A stretch of 64,000 bases of DNA from Chrysomallon squamiferum (GCA_012295275.1 CM022670.1:18228001-18292000), one strand, 5' to 3'. Counted from the first letter of the stretch, positions 1 through 14,436 are shown. The notes: generated by a model from the sequence alone, not told the origin. Made by a program: numbers and translations.

Positions 1-1682
1 GATTAAGAAGGTAAATAAATGTATTTCATTATGTTATATTATAATATTTCAAAAAGACGTATTCATTATAACATGCTTTCATTTTAAGTAAGATACAATT
101 ATACATTGGTGAGAGAACAGACAATAGAAATGAGGAGAAAGAAAGATACCTAAACGCTTCAAATATGATCTTAAAACATAATGTGTTTGTGTGTATGTGT
201 ATTTGTAATAATGTATATAAGTGTGTGTACATGTGTGTGGATATCATGGATAACTAGTGCTCTGTACATACGTTTAATTGCCATTAAGTTTATATTGTTG
301 TGCCACAACAAATTCATTCATGCAGTACCGAAAACAAACATACCCAGTCTATATAAAGCAACTTCTCTGTTATCTTAAAGTTTTCTAATCTGATCTTAAA
401 ATAATGTTACTATAAACAGTCTCTCGCGCTTCAGTTTTTTTCTGTCCTTAATCTATAATGCCATGCAACTTTTTTTTTTAGCGTTGGCAAACAGTCAAAT
501 AAAACTCATTTATCCATGCATGGGAAGAATTTAACAAGCACTCGTGTTTATCTGCCCTGTAGATTTTCTTTGGCCATTGTTAGCAATAGATAAAGCTCTC
601 GATCTGCGGAATGAATGTTGTATTATTTAAGTCTTAAGCAATAAAAACAGGTACAAGAAGAATTATAAAGCGCTGGAGTTTGTATTAACAGTTGGGCCGC
701 TGTGACAATGTATGGGATCACGGAGGTGCCAATGCTTCAGTTTATCCTGTGACATATTGAACGCCTTCGCCGGTCAATCTGCCAAGTATTGACAGCTGTG
801 ATAGACAGTTTAGGGTGGAAAGAGAAACAGTTATAGTGTCTCTGTCTCTCCTCCTTCAGTTTGATGGCCTGTCTCACTGTCTTTTTGACTATCTATCTGT
901 CCTTATGTCTGTCTCTCTCTGTTGTCTATCTGCCTATCTATCTATTTATCTATCTATATACACATATACATAAACATATAAACACATGCACACCATAAAA
1001 ACACACACACACGCCTCCAGTCATAGAAATACTGTTAAGGTACTTCATTGGTAACACATTAACTAGAACACTCGGTAAAAGGTCAAAAACCACAAAATGA
1101 GTAATTCTCACACCCCTTATATCTGAATGCAGAACCACCAGCGGCGTTCACATAAACAGTAAAGGAACAATAAAAAGTTGTTTACCGAAATTACTAAGCG
1201 TTAATAAAACTTTCTAGCCTTCTTTGTAAGAAGATATTATATTTGTTGCCTCTGATATATAGTTTTGTCTACCTATTGTATAAATCGTTAAAAAGAAAAA
1301 AATATATATACAATAAATTATTTCTTTTCGCATATAAACAGTTATAGACATTAATCGCCAGGGTGCTCGGAATATCCTCTAAGTTATTTCCACATACGCT
1401 TGAAAAAAAAAAAAAAAAAAAAAAAAAGCATAATGAGGGAGAAATATTTATTATTTTTTTTCCAGTTTTTATTTTAATTTTATTACAAGGTTGAAAAAAG
1501 GAACTATTTTTTTATGTTTTTTTTTTTTTAATTATATATGTATATATATGTATATTTATTTTTAACAGGTGATCTATACGTAGCTGTCATTAAGAACTTA
1601 TGCATCTTGAAAAAACAATTACATTTTTACAAGTTTTGCGACTCAAACTGACCTCCTTCGACCTGTTACCGTTTGCGGAACA

Positions 1683-3626
1683 ATGCCATCGAATAACCCG
1701 AAAATAAGTGACTTTGGCAAGCATAGCAACGCAAAACCCCGCCTACTTGGAGAAGTGAAAGCGGAATCTGTTTGTTTTGACTTTCTGAACGACAATAATC
1801 CTTTAATAGTGGGTGCATTTCAAACCGCAGGCGAGTTCGACAAGCGTCAGCTTATTATGAATAAGCTTCATGAAAACTTAATAACCACAGCTCTCATCGC
1901 GGACGTGTCGAATGCTAATATTAATGCTCACCAGCCGACGAAAAAGAACAGCAATGCAACGAGTCCTGCTCTGGGTTCGAGTTTCTCGGCTGTGCATTTA
2001 TTATCATCGTTAGTTTCGCCAAGACCCCGTTCAATTTCTATACCAAAACCACGTAATTCAGATTTTCCAGGCTATTATTTGAGAATCGATACCGCGTCGA
2101 ATATACCAGACGAAATGGATGGTGTCGACGTATATGACCCTCAAGGAGAAGCGAGAATCCACAATGGGCAAGGTCATATTCCGGAATGGCAGCAAAAGAA
2201 TTCGTCTCGAAACTCATCCAACTGGGGAGACTATCGACGTCAGCTGTCCACGGCGAAAAAGAAAGAGCTGACTAGAAAGTTATCACAAGTTTCTAAATGC
2301 GAAGCTGTTGATATTATGGATCCGGTTCAAGGGACCATGCCGCATTATTCATCTCCTATGATCATCTTGTCCCAGCCTCAGAGAGATGAGGAGAATGAAC
2401 TTCTAAATGCAGCTGCAGAAATGATACTTCAGCGTTCCAGAAATATTTCAGCGATTAGCAGTGCAAGATGCAATCGATCGAGGGCAATCTCTCGCGAAGC
2501 GCGAGCTTTCAGTCACTTTACCAAAAAAGAAAATGGTCAGCAAGAAACAGGACATCTTCCTGAAGGAATTATAGGCAGGAATATCGATAATGGTTTTGGT
2601 TTAGCACCAGATAATTCTTTTAGAGATGATGTTCTATTTACAGGCAGAGCGGCTGGATCATCTGGCCTTTGGAGGAGACATGTCTCATATCAGAACAGAG
2701 CCCAGCCACCAAAAGATCGTCCAGGCTCTAAAACCAAACCACCGTCTGAAATGCATGGATACTCATTAAAGGCTCGTTCAGCCAAAAGTATTGCAGATGG
2801 TCTGTTCAAATTGCAAGGTAAATCGTTACCTCGACTGCCAAAACAAAATTCATACACAGAAAATCTTAGACTTCTGCAAAAGAAAAAACAAAATGGAAAT
2901 GTCCCTCCGGACTTCCACAATTATGAACGACTGCAGCAACAACAACAGATGAGCGAATCTCAGACAAATAAATTCTGGACGATTCCTGAAGGATCATCGG
3001 ACAGTGTAGAAAATCGAAAAATAGCAAATGGATTCAGACCACCGCGCAAAATTCCAACCAAGCTTCCCCCTTACAACGAAACGATACACGCACATAATTT
3101 GACATATACTCGGACCAAAACACCGACTTACAAGACTTACAGAGAAAATCTTTCGCCAAGGAGAGGAATCAAGAACGACAAAAATTCACAAAACGGCGAA
3201 CCATCGAATGACAAGGATAGTGATGTCCAAGACACATTCAGACTAACGGAACTCAAAGAAGACGATATTGTAGACGTTGATTCCGAAGGATATGATTTAA
3301 CGGACACTGACGAAGACGAGAAGTTAGATTCGATTCGTTTCTGTGGTGAAGATTTAACCCGACAGCCGCTCGAAGCGGGTAAGTACCAAGGCACCACCTC
3401 GCGAATTTCCGAGGACGAGATGAAGAGCCAGTTTCATCTGGTGAACGGTGAAAAGCTTGATGTTCAGCAAGAAACGTATAAAATTCTCAAAGCTTTGGAT
3501 AAAGACGTGTATTTTGATTACGAACACAAGAAATACCGAAGGACAGGAGCCACAGGGTCTTTGGGAAATTTAGATAATCCAAGAGTGCATTTTCTTAAAG
3601 TTAAAGTGAATAAATCACTGACGTAG
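1683..3626 (+). CDS. Uncharacterised 647-aa protein, intronless CDS, hydrophilic and probably largely disordered
   Basis: A 1944-nt stop-free ORF, visibly more GC/CpG-rich than its AT-rich flanks. A polypyrimidine/AG acceptor at 1567-1568 is followed by an in-frame TAG (1581-1583), so 1569-1682 is probably spliced 5'UTR. No domain recognised. Confidence 0.75.
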   Translation: MPSNNPKISDFGKHSNAKPRLLGEVKAESVCFDFLNDNNPLIVGAFQTAGEFDKRQLIMNKLHENLITTALIADVSNANINAHQPTKKNSNATSPALGSSFSAVHLLSSLVSPRPRSISIPKPRNSDFPGYYLRIDTASNIPDEMDGVDVYDPQGEARIHNGQGHIPEWQQKNSSRNSSNWGDYRRQLSTAKKKELTRKLSQVSKCEAVDIMDPVQGTMPHYSSPMIILSQPQRDEENELLNAAAEMILQRSRNISAISSARCNRSRAISREARAFSHFTKKENGQQETGHLPEGIIGRNIDNGFGLAPDNSFRDDVLFTGRAAGSSGLWRRHVSYQNRAQPPKDRPGSKTKPPSEMHGYSLKARSAKSIADGLFKLQGKSLPRLPKQNSYTENLRLLQKKKQNGNVPPDFHNYERLQQQQQMSESQTNKFWTIPEGSSDSVENRKIANGFRPPRKIPTKLPPYNETIHAHNLTYTRTKTPTYKTYRENLSPRRGIKNDKNSQNGEPSNDKDSDVQDTFRLTELKEDDIVDVDSEGYDLTDTDEDEKLDSIRFCGEDLTRQPLEAGKYQGTTSRISEDEMKSQFHLVNGEKLDVQQETYKILKALDKDVYFDYEHKKYRRTGATGSLGNLDNPRVHFLKVKVNKSLT

Positions 3627-4955
3627 TTAAACTAATATACAAGTAGGTGGAAGTGTTTGGAATGGGTTAACTCAGATTGCGCTGGAGAATATAAAACATT
3701 TTTTGTTGGTGCTCCGTTTTTATGATGTATTGTAGCTTTATCCCATTTTTATTCAATAATATTAATAACATAAAATAAGCTTAAAGATATATTTTATTTT
3801 GTCATAAAGAAAATGGTATTTAAAAAGCTTTTTAATTTAATTTTATTTCATTTTGTTTATAATTTAATCTACAGACACATATATATTTATTTATTTATTT
3901 ATTATTATTATTATTATTTAATTTTTTTTTTTTTTGGTTTTTACTTTTTATTTTTATTTATTTTGCCTGACTCTTTTATTCAGATGGGTATTAATTTTGC
4001 TACATTTATTCAAAAGGTATACTAAAATGTTCTGGGCGTTCTTATTATAGTTATATATATTATACACATAATAATGATTGTATGTCAATGTAAGATGAAT
4101 AATAATGTTTAAACAATTCTGAACTATGTATAAACATGTAGGTTTGTAACAACTGGTCTTACAGTATAAAATATGAATTATGTGATGAAACCTTTCTTAT
4201 AATAACGAACTAAATATGTTAGATAACTGTGCTTTAAGCTATTTTTATCTTCTATTTTTTAAGTTATTTATTTTTATTTTCTTACTATTATTATTAATAT
4301 ATTTTTAAAATAATTTATTATGATTATTATTATTATTGTTGTTATTGATATTATTGTTATAGTCATCATCATCGTCATTTCATTTAAAATGATTTACTCA
4401 TGAACAAAGGAAAAGAAGAAAATGAAATATTTTAACACTCGGAGTATATGTGCATTAAATGTAATAAAAATATTTTCATTTTTTTTTTTTCTTTCCCCCG
4501 TTCACCTAAGGTTGCAGGTTTTTAATATTAATATTATAAACGAGAAAGGTCGTTTTTCAGAAATCATTTTGCCATGATAAGAAGTAAGTAAAAATAATGG
4601 TTTATTTTTTTATTTTATGTTTAAGTTGTTTTCCAAGACGCAGTTTCTCTTCTGTTTTCATATGTTTATATTGCTTAGGTACACCGCGGCAATTTGCAAA
4701 GTTAAGTCTTAGATACCGAAGGCAATATCACATTTACAATGGTGTATTAGAGAAGGTTTTTACCTGACGTCAGAAAAGACATACATTATTAATATACTCA
4801 GCTGTAATCACTGTGTTTTCAGGTCTCCTGTTTATTGTGTCACGTACGCAGTCGATTACAATAAGTAGGTTAGAAAAAGAAAAAAAAAATGTACTTGACA
4901 GTGCTAACACGCTTCAGCATGTTTGTTAGACTTCAAGTAATATTATACACGCCTG

Positions 4956-5445
4956 TATATATGTGTGTATGTGTGTGTGTGTGTGTGCGCGTGTGCGTGC
5001 GTGTGTATGCAGGTAGATATGTGTGTGTGTGTGTGTGCAGGTATATATGTGTATACGGATAAGTAAATGTATGTGACTTCGAATGTATGTACGTACGTAC
5101 GTATGTATGTATGTATGTTTGTATTTGTGTGTATATATATATGTGTGTTTGAATGTATTTGTGTATATACGTGAATGTGTGTGTATGTGTTTGAATGTGG
5201 ATGTGTATATATGTGTGTGTATGTGTATGTATATGTGTGTATGTATATGCGTTTATGTATTTATGTGTTTTTATGCATATATATATGTGTATGTATGTAT
5301 CTATGTATGTATGTATATACATTCTTGTATGAATGTGAGTATATATATGTGTGTGTGTGTGTATGTATGTGTATGTATGTATTCATGTATGTGTGCATAT
5401 ATATTTATGTATGTGTGTGAATACATATATATGTGTATGTACGCA
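4956..5445. repeat. Degenerate compound (TG/TA)n microsatellite tract
   Basis: About 490 bp of gtgt/atgt/atat units; source of the spurious HT/YV-rich ORFs. Confidence 0.9.
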
Positions 5446-8400
5446 TGAACAAAATTAATTATTTTCCCATAAAAAATTCGAACCCTTGTGTTGATAGACT
5501 GTTTTAAAGGAAATGGAGAAAAAAAACCTTGAAATACAATCTGACAGCTGTGTTTTCTAAACTTGTATGCTGATCGAAGTGGAAGAGAAATAAAAATCGA
5601 AGCTTGTACGTATCCGTAGCTTGAATTGGTTGCTGATGACGAACAACTCGTTGGATTAAGTTTTGTTAATGTGTATTTTATCTTGGATTAGTGAAACTTT
5701 TATTCCCCATCGTCAGTTCAAGAGTAAAATCTTAGCACGTTACTTTCCAGACGGAAACAAAATATACGTAAATAAATCTCATCATAAAAACAAGCACCTT
5801 ATAAATACATTTCAAATCCAGTTAATGAAACTGAAATTTAAAACATCAGCAGGGTTCTTTTATCCGAACAAATGATGCACTATTCTGTAATTAAATCAGT
5901 TACATCAAAAATCAATCAATAAATAAATAAATAAATCCAGTAGACCTGTTGTGATCTGCGAAAGGCTTTTTCGGATGGAGTTGCGGGATAAATGTATTAT
6001 CGTTTGTTTTGGAGGGTTTCTCTCGTGCCATAAAATAGAATAAAGTTTGTTTTAACGATTTCTGAGCACACAAACATAAATGTTAGATCTCAGTTGTTGA
6101 TAAAGATATGAATATATTACCATATCTTACTTACTGGCTTTATATATACGTAACTAGGTCATGATAGTTACAGACAAAACATTTAATGTTGGTGGAAACT
6201 TAAGGGAGTAGTTTTAGGACTGTGTACCGACCTCCAAATTGGGCTGCATCTAGTTTTAATAGATACAGGTACATTTATCTTCGTTTTTATATTTTATTTA
6301 ATGTTCTTCTATGTCCTCTGACCATGAGGTTTCAAAACACTAAAAATCGACTGTTGTTTATTCAAAATAATAATAATAATAATAATAATAATATATCTAT
6401 ATCTATATATATATATATACACACACACTTTAAAAAAAAAAAAAATTAAAGATTACAAACACAATAAAAAATATATATTCCTTTTTATTTACCGTATTTC
6501 TTATTTTTCTCAGTTAATAAAAAAAAAAAAAAAAAAAGAAAAAAGAAAAAGAATGAATAAATTAATTATTAAGACCCTGAAGAAATGATTTATAATCAGA
6601 GGTAAAATATCCGTAAGTCTTTGTTGTCAGACATTTTTTATCATACGAAAAAAGAATTTAATGTAATTTGCCGCCGTGTGCTTATGTGTACATGAAATGA
6701 AACGGTATTTAAGCATGCAAGAATCCAAACCAAAAATGTGTATTCAGTAATAAATTTACTGCAAAATTAACTTATACTTTAATATTTAATTAACATGCTG
6801 TTGTTTTGTTGGGGGATTTTATTTGGGGGGATAGGGGACTTTTTGGTTGTTTCTCTCTCTCTCTCTCTCATTTAGCTCAGACGTGTATGGATGGACGGAT
6901 GGACGTATTATGTATGTATGGATGCATAGATATGAAAATTTACTCAATTAAGTCTATGTATTAACATAAACAATATAACAAAGTGTATTTTAATTTTATA
7001 TGTATACAAGTTTAAGATGACTAGTTAACAATAATAAACACATCAGAGGTTCTGTTTTAATTAAATGAGCTTGATAATTACCCGTATTTACAATATTTTA
7101 TTGAAGAATGTTAACAGTACAAGATCAAACTGTTCTTTAAGATAAGAGATAATTGTTTTTTAAAGAAAAAAGTTTTAAAACAAATATTGTTTTGGGCAGT
7201 TATTATAACATTAATTTTGTAACTTTAATTTGATAATTCAAATAACAAAACAAACAATTATTTATTAATAATTACATTGTGCAGATCTCAATACTCTTAA
7301 GTTTCCAATATACTAAATTAATTAACTGAATGCAAAAAAAAAAAAAAAAAAACCATGTATATTTGCTTATTCACATGGCATACCCACAAACCAAAAAACA
7401 AACAATTTTGCTTCTGACTAATCAAAATAAATTTTGTTTATTACTACATGGATCTAAAGAAATTTTTATAACTGCAACTACATATTCACAGAATATTTCG
7501 GCAGCTTTTATATAACTTTTTTTTTTGATCCTGTGATGGGTTTTTTTTGTTTTTCTTTTTTTGATCCTGTGATGAAATGTTGCTCTATGAGAAAATATTC
7601 CATTTACATACAAACATTTTACAGTTTACCTGTATCATAAATCTGTCTTGTGTCAAGTCTTTTATAAACTTGATATAAAATTAATACGAAATATTTCATT
7701 TCCCAGATTTACATTATCTTTTTTTTTTCTTCTTTCTTTTCTTTTTATTAATTTATTTTCATATTTTTGGTTTGTTTGTACCGAAACATGAGAAATTTGT
7801 TGTTCTTGTACTCTATTAGATATTTTTGTGTTTTTATTTATTATTATTAATTTTTTAATTTTTTATTATTAAATTTTTTTTTTAATTAAAACATTTTTTG
7901 TTTGTTTGTTTCCATATTTTAAAATAAAACATTCTTGCAAAATCTTGTTAAATTAAGACTCCAAAAAAGATAAGCTTGTGTTTATAATCAAAGAAATTAA
8001 GTTGCACTGCTAAAGAATCTGAAGAAACAAAATAAGTTTTGCTAAGAATGTCAGATATAATTGTCTTAAAAAGATAAAAAAAAAAATTATTTGATTCAGT
8101 ATCAAACTTACCATTTCAGTATTTACAAACACTGACACAGGATATAAATAAAGAAAGAAAGAAAAAATAAAATACTATTAAAATGTTTCTATTTGTCCTT
8201 CCTTTAATTAATGTGTATATGAATTCATAAAAATCACTTGTTTACAATGTTAGTGTACCTTTACCAGTGTCACATTTCTTTACACATTTTGTATACTTGC
8301 AAACCATTGTTATATTTGAGTCAACAAGTCTTTGTTCATTAAAAGTAAACCTATAAAGCAACAAAATTGTGATGATGAAGACTGCATTTTTTAATGTTGT

Positions 8401-8727
8401 ATCAAACAGGAAAAATTACATTAACATAAACGTGACAACTGTAAACTTCCAAGGATTATCATAATCTGATTATTTTATAACTATTACTATAATTTAAACA
8501 CTGGTCACAAGAATACAACAAAACAATAAAAAGGAAATATACAAAATGCATTTAAACTATTTAATTTGTACATACAAATGTACATTTTAATACATTTGTA
8601 TACCTTAATATTTTACTAAAAATTAAAATACTTAAAGAAAAAAAAAAGGAATGAAAGAAGAAGAAAAAAAAGACACTAAAACAGTTGTTCCAAAACAATT
8701 AAACAACAGCATAAATTTTGGTTTTGA

Positions 8728-11515
8728 TCATCTAAAGCTCTCCAAGTCTGTGATTTTCTGTTCAGAGGTGACGGGAGGACATTCCTGAAAATAAATTATT
8801 TGTGTTATTACCTCATGTACACACACAAACACACACAAAATTCCAAAAAATAAATAAATAAATAAATAAAAAATAACAATAATAAATAATAATAATAAAA
8901 AACAAAAACAATTATAATAATAAAAAAATAAAAAAATATATTTAAAAAAAATATTTAAAAAAATTAAAATGGGGAAACGGTGAACCTTTGGAAATAAGAA
9001 AATACTTAAAAGTGACCACTAGAATTACTTTGAACACGTTTTGTAATCAACTACTTTGAAGAATACTTTTAACGAAGATGGTTTTCATTTTTGAAGTTGA
9101 GAACAGTTTGTGATTTAAGAGAAAATATCAGGCTTCATATGCATCTATAGAAACTTGCTGTTATTGTCATACCTTGTTATTAGCAATAAAAACTTTAAAT
9201 AATTTGAAGCATACAAATGCACATTCCTTTACTGGTACATCTTATGTTTACATATTATGTTAATGTTAATACATTCCTTCTGCTTAAATGTCAATTCTAT
9301 ATCATTGTACATGCATTTAATTATTTAAACTTCATGACAGAGACCTAACTTTGCATATTTTAAAGTTCAGTAACTGGAAGGCATTGTATTTAAATGCAAT
9401 AAATGTAAAAATAAACAAAATTATTTTAGTACAATAAATGTAACCTGTTACTGGAGCTAATGTGATCTCTGGTTACTGGACACAAATTCACATGGTGATG
9501 TCATTAACATAAATTTCCAATTGTTATTAAGAAAAAAGACCATAACGGTATTAAATATCATTCAAAAATAAATAAATAAATTTAAAAAAACAAAACAAAC
9601 AAACAATCAAATTTTATAATGAAATTTTTTCTTCTTTTTAAATATTTGTTTTCATGTTAAAAAAAAAAGAGAAAGAAAAAAATCACAAAAGAAAAAAAAA
9701 TAGTCTCCAATTAATAATAATAAAAATAAAATCATAAACAGAAGTGAAAAAATAATATACAATTTCTTTTTTTTAAATTTACAATAAAAAGATACTGAAC
9801 TAAATGACAGTGTCAGTTTTTTTCCCCAGTATTAATTTTTATTTATTTTATGTTTTACGTTAATGGCTTTTTTTGTTTCTTATTATATTTTTTAATTTAT
9901 TTTTGTTTTATTTTTATTATTATTTGTTTTGTTTTTATTCACTTTAATCATGTTTTATTTACATATGCAGAATTTAACCCAGATTGCCACTTTTATAACT
10001 TTTAGCTGGTAAAAGCAGTGTTATAGAAAGCATGCATATTAATTATTTACATTAAACTTTGATTCCAGTTATATGTACATAATAGAAAGTTTGTATTCAT
10101 ATTAACTGATGAAGTTAAAATCAGTATTAACTGGAAAAAAAAATATATGTATATATATTATCAATATTATCATCATATAACAATGAATTGCCTATGGAGA
10201 ATGTATGTAATGTTTAAATTTAATGCAAATAAAATCTTAACATCTGATATAAATGTTAAGATTTTGCTGGTGTCCTGTTAATTAGCAGATTTATTTAGCA
10301 ATACAGACGCATAGTGACAGATAATATTGTGTATAATTTAATTCAAGAAGTCTCATTTATTTTTGTACATTTTCTTTTTATTTCACATAATCTGCATAAA
10401 ATTTGATATTTATTTGTCATTTTTGGTTATTATGGATATTATCTGGTTGAAATGGTTAATACAGATATTAAGAGAAATTTTCTGTTAACATTTGTATTAT
10501 CTAATTATACACATTAACCAGTGAAGTACAACTGCATCACAGACAACATCAAGTAGTGCAGAATAATCATCTCTTTATAACAGAGAAATAAACATATAAT
10601 TATGATTTACATGAATCCCAAAACAATGAGCCCAATTTGTTTTCGTCTACACTATACACATGCAGGAGGTTATTTAAAGTGCCTAACAGCTTTTCTCCAA
10701 CCATGTAACAGTGTCTTAAATACAATTAGTATTTTATAATAATTTTAGGTTTTATTTTACAACAAAATCTTTGCTGCATTATTTAATATAATAGCATTGG
10801 CTAAAAAAAAAAAAAAAAAAAACTTTAGACTTTCAGATCAAGAAACCATCAGTTATGTCCAAGCTACATTATTAAAATGTATTGATACATGTCTCAAAAT
10901 ATGAATTGCCGTATCTCCTTTATTTGTTAAATTTAGGGTTTTTTTAGGTATTGCTAATTGATTTGACTTAAAGCCTATCCACAGATTCACAAATGTTAAA
11001 CTGTTAATTCATATTTCTGCCTGCATGTCCAGTATGAGTGTTAAGTTTTGAATCTGTTGATATTTTTTGCATTAAGTATTCTTCACATTGTATTATAAAT
11101 ACTGAATCATACCTGAATGAATTAACATATGAATGAAAACATATCCTCCCTCTTTCATCAATATTTTTCCTTTAAATTTGAGCAAGAGTTTTTGAATCGG
11201 TCTGTAAATAAATTCTATGTTAAATTATTATGTTTGTTCTGTGTTTGTATTTTCGAAAACAACTGGATTTTCCCCCAAATTCATTTTCTGGGTTGATACT
11301 TGTTTGTTTGTTTGTTTTACTTGTTTGGTTGTTTCTGTAATTTTTAATGAAATTCAGAAGAACAGAATTATCTTTAGACAACATATTAAACAATTCACAA
11401 GTAAATGAGGAATTTTGTGAGTACCTGACAAGTACTGAAAAAAAAAAATCTAATTTAAAACACTCTGTATCTGTTAATTTTAAAAGAGGGTTAATAGTAT
11501 TATCATTACTATAAG

Positions 11516-11554
<39 letters not shown>

Positions 11555-13394
11555 TTTACATTAAGCTTTGAGAAACACCAGGGGTGGGCAACCCTTGGCA
11601 TGCTAATGTCTTCTTTCCGTCAAGCAAAACAACATGCACCTAGACTCAGTGAACCCTGTACACAATAAATTGTCCGGCACAACCAACTGCCTCTTAGTTC
11701 CTCACTCACTTTCATTTTAAGACATATAAATATGCATTAACAAAGGGAGCTTACTCCATCATTTGTTGTTTTCTCCTTTCCATTATGTTATATATTTTTC
11801 AAGTTTAGCAAGAATTTATTGTTTTTCAGTGATGTAGCAGCAGAAGTCTTGTTGAGGGTAAATAAATAAAAAGTCTATGATTTCTCTTTCTCTAGGTTTG
11901 ATTTGATGTTTTCCGCTAAAAATGGTAAAGATTTGCTTCTAATATGCATTGTAATGCATTGGAAAAAGGAGAAAAAACTGATCGCTTGATTAAAAAATAA
12001 ATTTAAAAAACAAAATCAGAATTATTGTTTACTCTTTTGCTGATACTAAAAATAGCCTTTAAAATTATGTATATGTATGTGGCAATTAGAATTACAATTA
12101 AACCGTTATACAATTCATTTCAGTACTTAAACACACCAAAAAATATGTTGAGATATTTCAGTTGGCACATGAACAAATTTTGGATAAAAGATTTGGCTGA
12201 TTTTAGCATGCACACTTTAAAAGGTTGTCCAACCCTGGTATAAACGATCACATTAAAATAATATAACATATCAGTATGTGACCACAAATAAATAGTAAGA
12301 CAGACAAGCTGTGATAAGCTGGCAGACATGCAGGCAGGCACAAACAGATAGACATAACAGAAATGGAAACAGACAAACAGACTGATAGACACAAACTGAT
12401 TGACAAACAGAAATATAAAAGCTTACCCAGTGTTTGATATAAGATAGTACTGTATCCCACAGCAATGTTATAAATGATACATAGGCAACTCTGTATCTAG
12501 TCGGCAAGAAAGTGAAGTTGATAAACTGTGCTGGAGGCCACACTAGCCAGTCCATCTGAAAGTCACAGATTACTGTATTAAACATTTAGACATCACATGT
12601 ATTCAGCTGAACAAATGTTTGTGAATTTGGAAGATATGTTCTGACATTAAAGTGTTTACAGTCATAAACATGTTGTTTTACCTGTATAAAAAAGGAAGCA
12701 CAATGAAAACAGAAAAACAATTTTATATATTTTGTACCTGGTTTCAATAAATAATGACAAATTAGATATCATTTATTTTAATTCAGTTTTCTTCTGCAGA
12801 GTTTCTTGTTGTTTTTTCCTTTTTAAATAAAAGAGGTTTTTTCTTCAGTGGATTTATATAACACTATTTTAATTATCTTTGTATATTCTTACTAACCATA
12901 AATATTCAAATATGTTAAAGTGCCATTAAGACTTTTTCATTCATTTTAACTAAGCACACACACACTATTATATTACATGCTCATACATATTTTCAAATTA
13001 TCTTCTTTAAAAAAATTAATAATTGAAAAAGCTAATGATTAATACATGTCAGTAAAATACACTTTGATAATATAATCACAAGGTAACAAGAACAAAAACT
13101 CCTGCTAGACACTTACACAGTATATAGTAGGAAATTTTTCCTTCCATTCTTTGGAACACTCTTTTAAAGATGATCCTTCCATAAGTCCCATACCTAGGTG
13201 ATAAAATGAAACAATTTGTCAATATTCAATCTAGTTATATTATTTATTGGTTTAAAAGGAAGTAAGTAAAACTAATTATTAAGTTTTCAGACTATTATTG
13301 ATTTAACAGAAAATCAAGTTAACATGTAATTCAAAAGAAAATTATCTTAATCTGATGAAAATATTAAAATAATTTAAACATTAGTGAAATATTA

Positions 13395-13429
<35 letters not shown>

Positions 13430-14436
13430 AATCCTGATAATTACAAAACAAAAGAAAATATGCTTGGGATAAAATCTTTCTACAGCATTTTTCACAGCAG
13501 TCTTACTATTTAAAATATTCCCAGAACTGGATTGCAAAAAATAGTAAACGTAAGTCTAATTAAAAATGATATGGCAGGATACACATCCCTGCGAACTGCC
13601 ATAACTTGTACAGAGGTTGCTAATGTAATGTTTAAATCATACCAAACAGAAATGAAGTCCCCATCAAAGGAGCAGCAACAAGCTGATCAGCTATAATTTT
13701 CTTTGCAATTGTCCGTTTTGCTGTTCCAACAAGAATCTTGTCTAGCAGCAAGTACCAATAATGGTTGGGTGGTCCCAAGACCAAACCAACAGCAAACATG
13801 CGTCCTAAGGAATCCATTGAAAAATAAACATCATTAACTAGTAAAAATATTTTCATTATTTAAGTAAATAGAAAAGTGATCACTGAAATATATGCATTAA
13901 CTTGATTAAGATATAAATTCTAAACTGAATGATGTGAATCAAATTTTAATTAAAATGTTGATAATGAAGTATACATATGATACTATAATTACCCATTATA
14001 TTATTGAATTTATTCATTTATATTTGAATTTTGAATCAAAAATGTTTTGTCTTTAACAAAATTACAGAACGGCATATTAGATAACGTCACTGATAATAGC
14101 AACAGCAATAGTAATCTGAAAACTAAATATAAATTTGTTCGTTTAATTTTACTGCATTATAGATATTTATGTAACAATTCAGTATGTATTCAGTACATAT
14201 AACATACAGAAACAAGAAAAATTAATGAAAAGGAAACATAATTTAACCTCTACTTTTGTTGCATCTATACCTGTTCTTTTCCAGTCGTGGTCTTTTGAGT
14301 CAGATCTGTACAAGTTCTCCATTTTTTGACAAAATATATCACCAAGGCCTAACATAAAGCCACTAGTGCCAATGTTTGTTATTAATAAATATTTTGTAAA
14401 CAATTTCTCGGAGAGCAGTTTCAATGTTGTCAACAT
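8728..14436 (-). CDS. MPV17L2: Mpv17/PMP22-family membrane protein, MPV17-like protein 2 (about 196 aa, 5 exons)
   Basis: Exons 14436-14271 (MLTTLKLLSEKLFTKYLLITNIGTSGFMLGLGDIFCQ..DWKRTG), 13804-13643 (RMFAVGLVLGPPNHYWYLLLD..KKIIADQLVAAP), 13193-13117 (MGLMEG..EWKEKFPTIYC) and 12555-12427 (MDWLVWPPAQFINFTFLPTRYRVAYV..WDTVLSYIKHW). All are GT-AG and in frame. The terminal exon 8784-8728 (ECPPVTSEQKITDLESFR*) is less certain. Confidence 0.88.
11579..12237. mobile_element. Degenerate hAT-type non-autonomous element (MITE) in MPV17L2 intron 4
   Basis: Left end CAGGGGTGGGCAACC; the right end reverse-complements to CAGGGTTGGACAACC. No clean 8-bp TSD remains. Confidence 0.5.

Noticed and set aside
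4764-4773. Perfect CRE palindrome CTGACGTCAG
   Set aside because: Isolated short motif with no associated gene start; could occur by chance.
4933-5448. ORFs rich in HT/YI or VC/MY (also 31656-31995, 38181-38363, 53583-53783)
   Set aside because: Translations of (TG/TA)n microsatellites; no coding signature.
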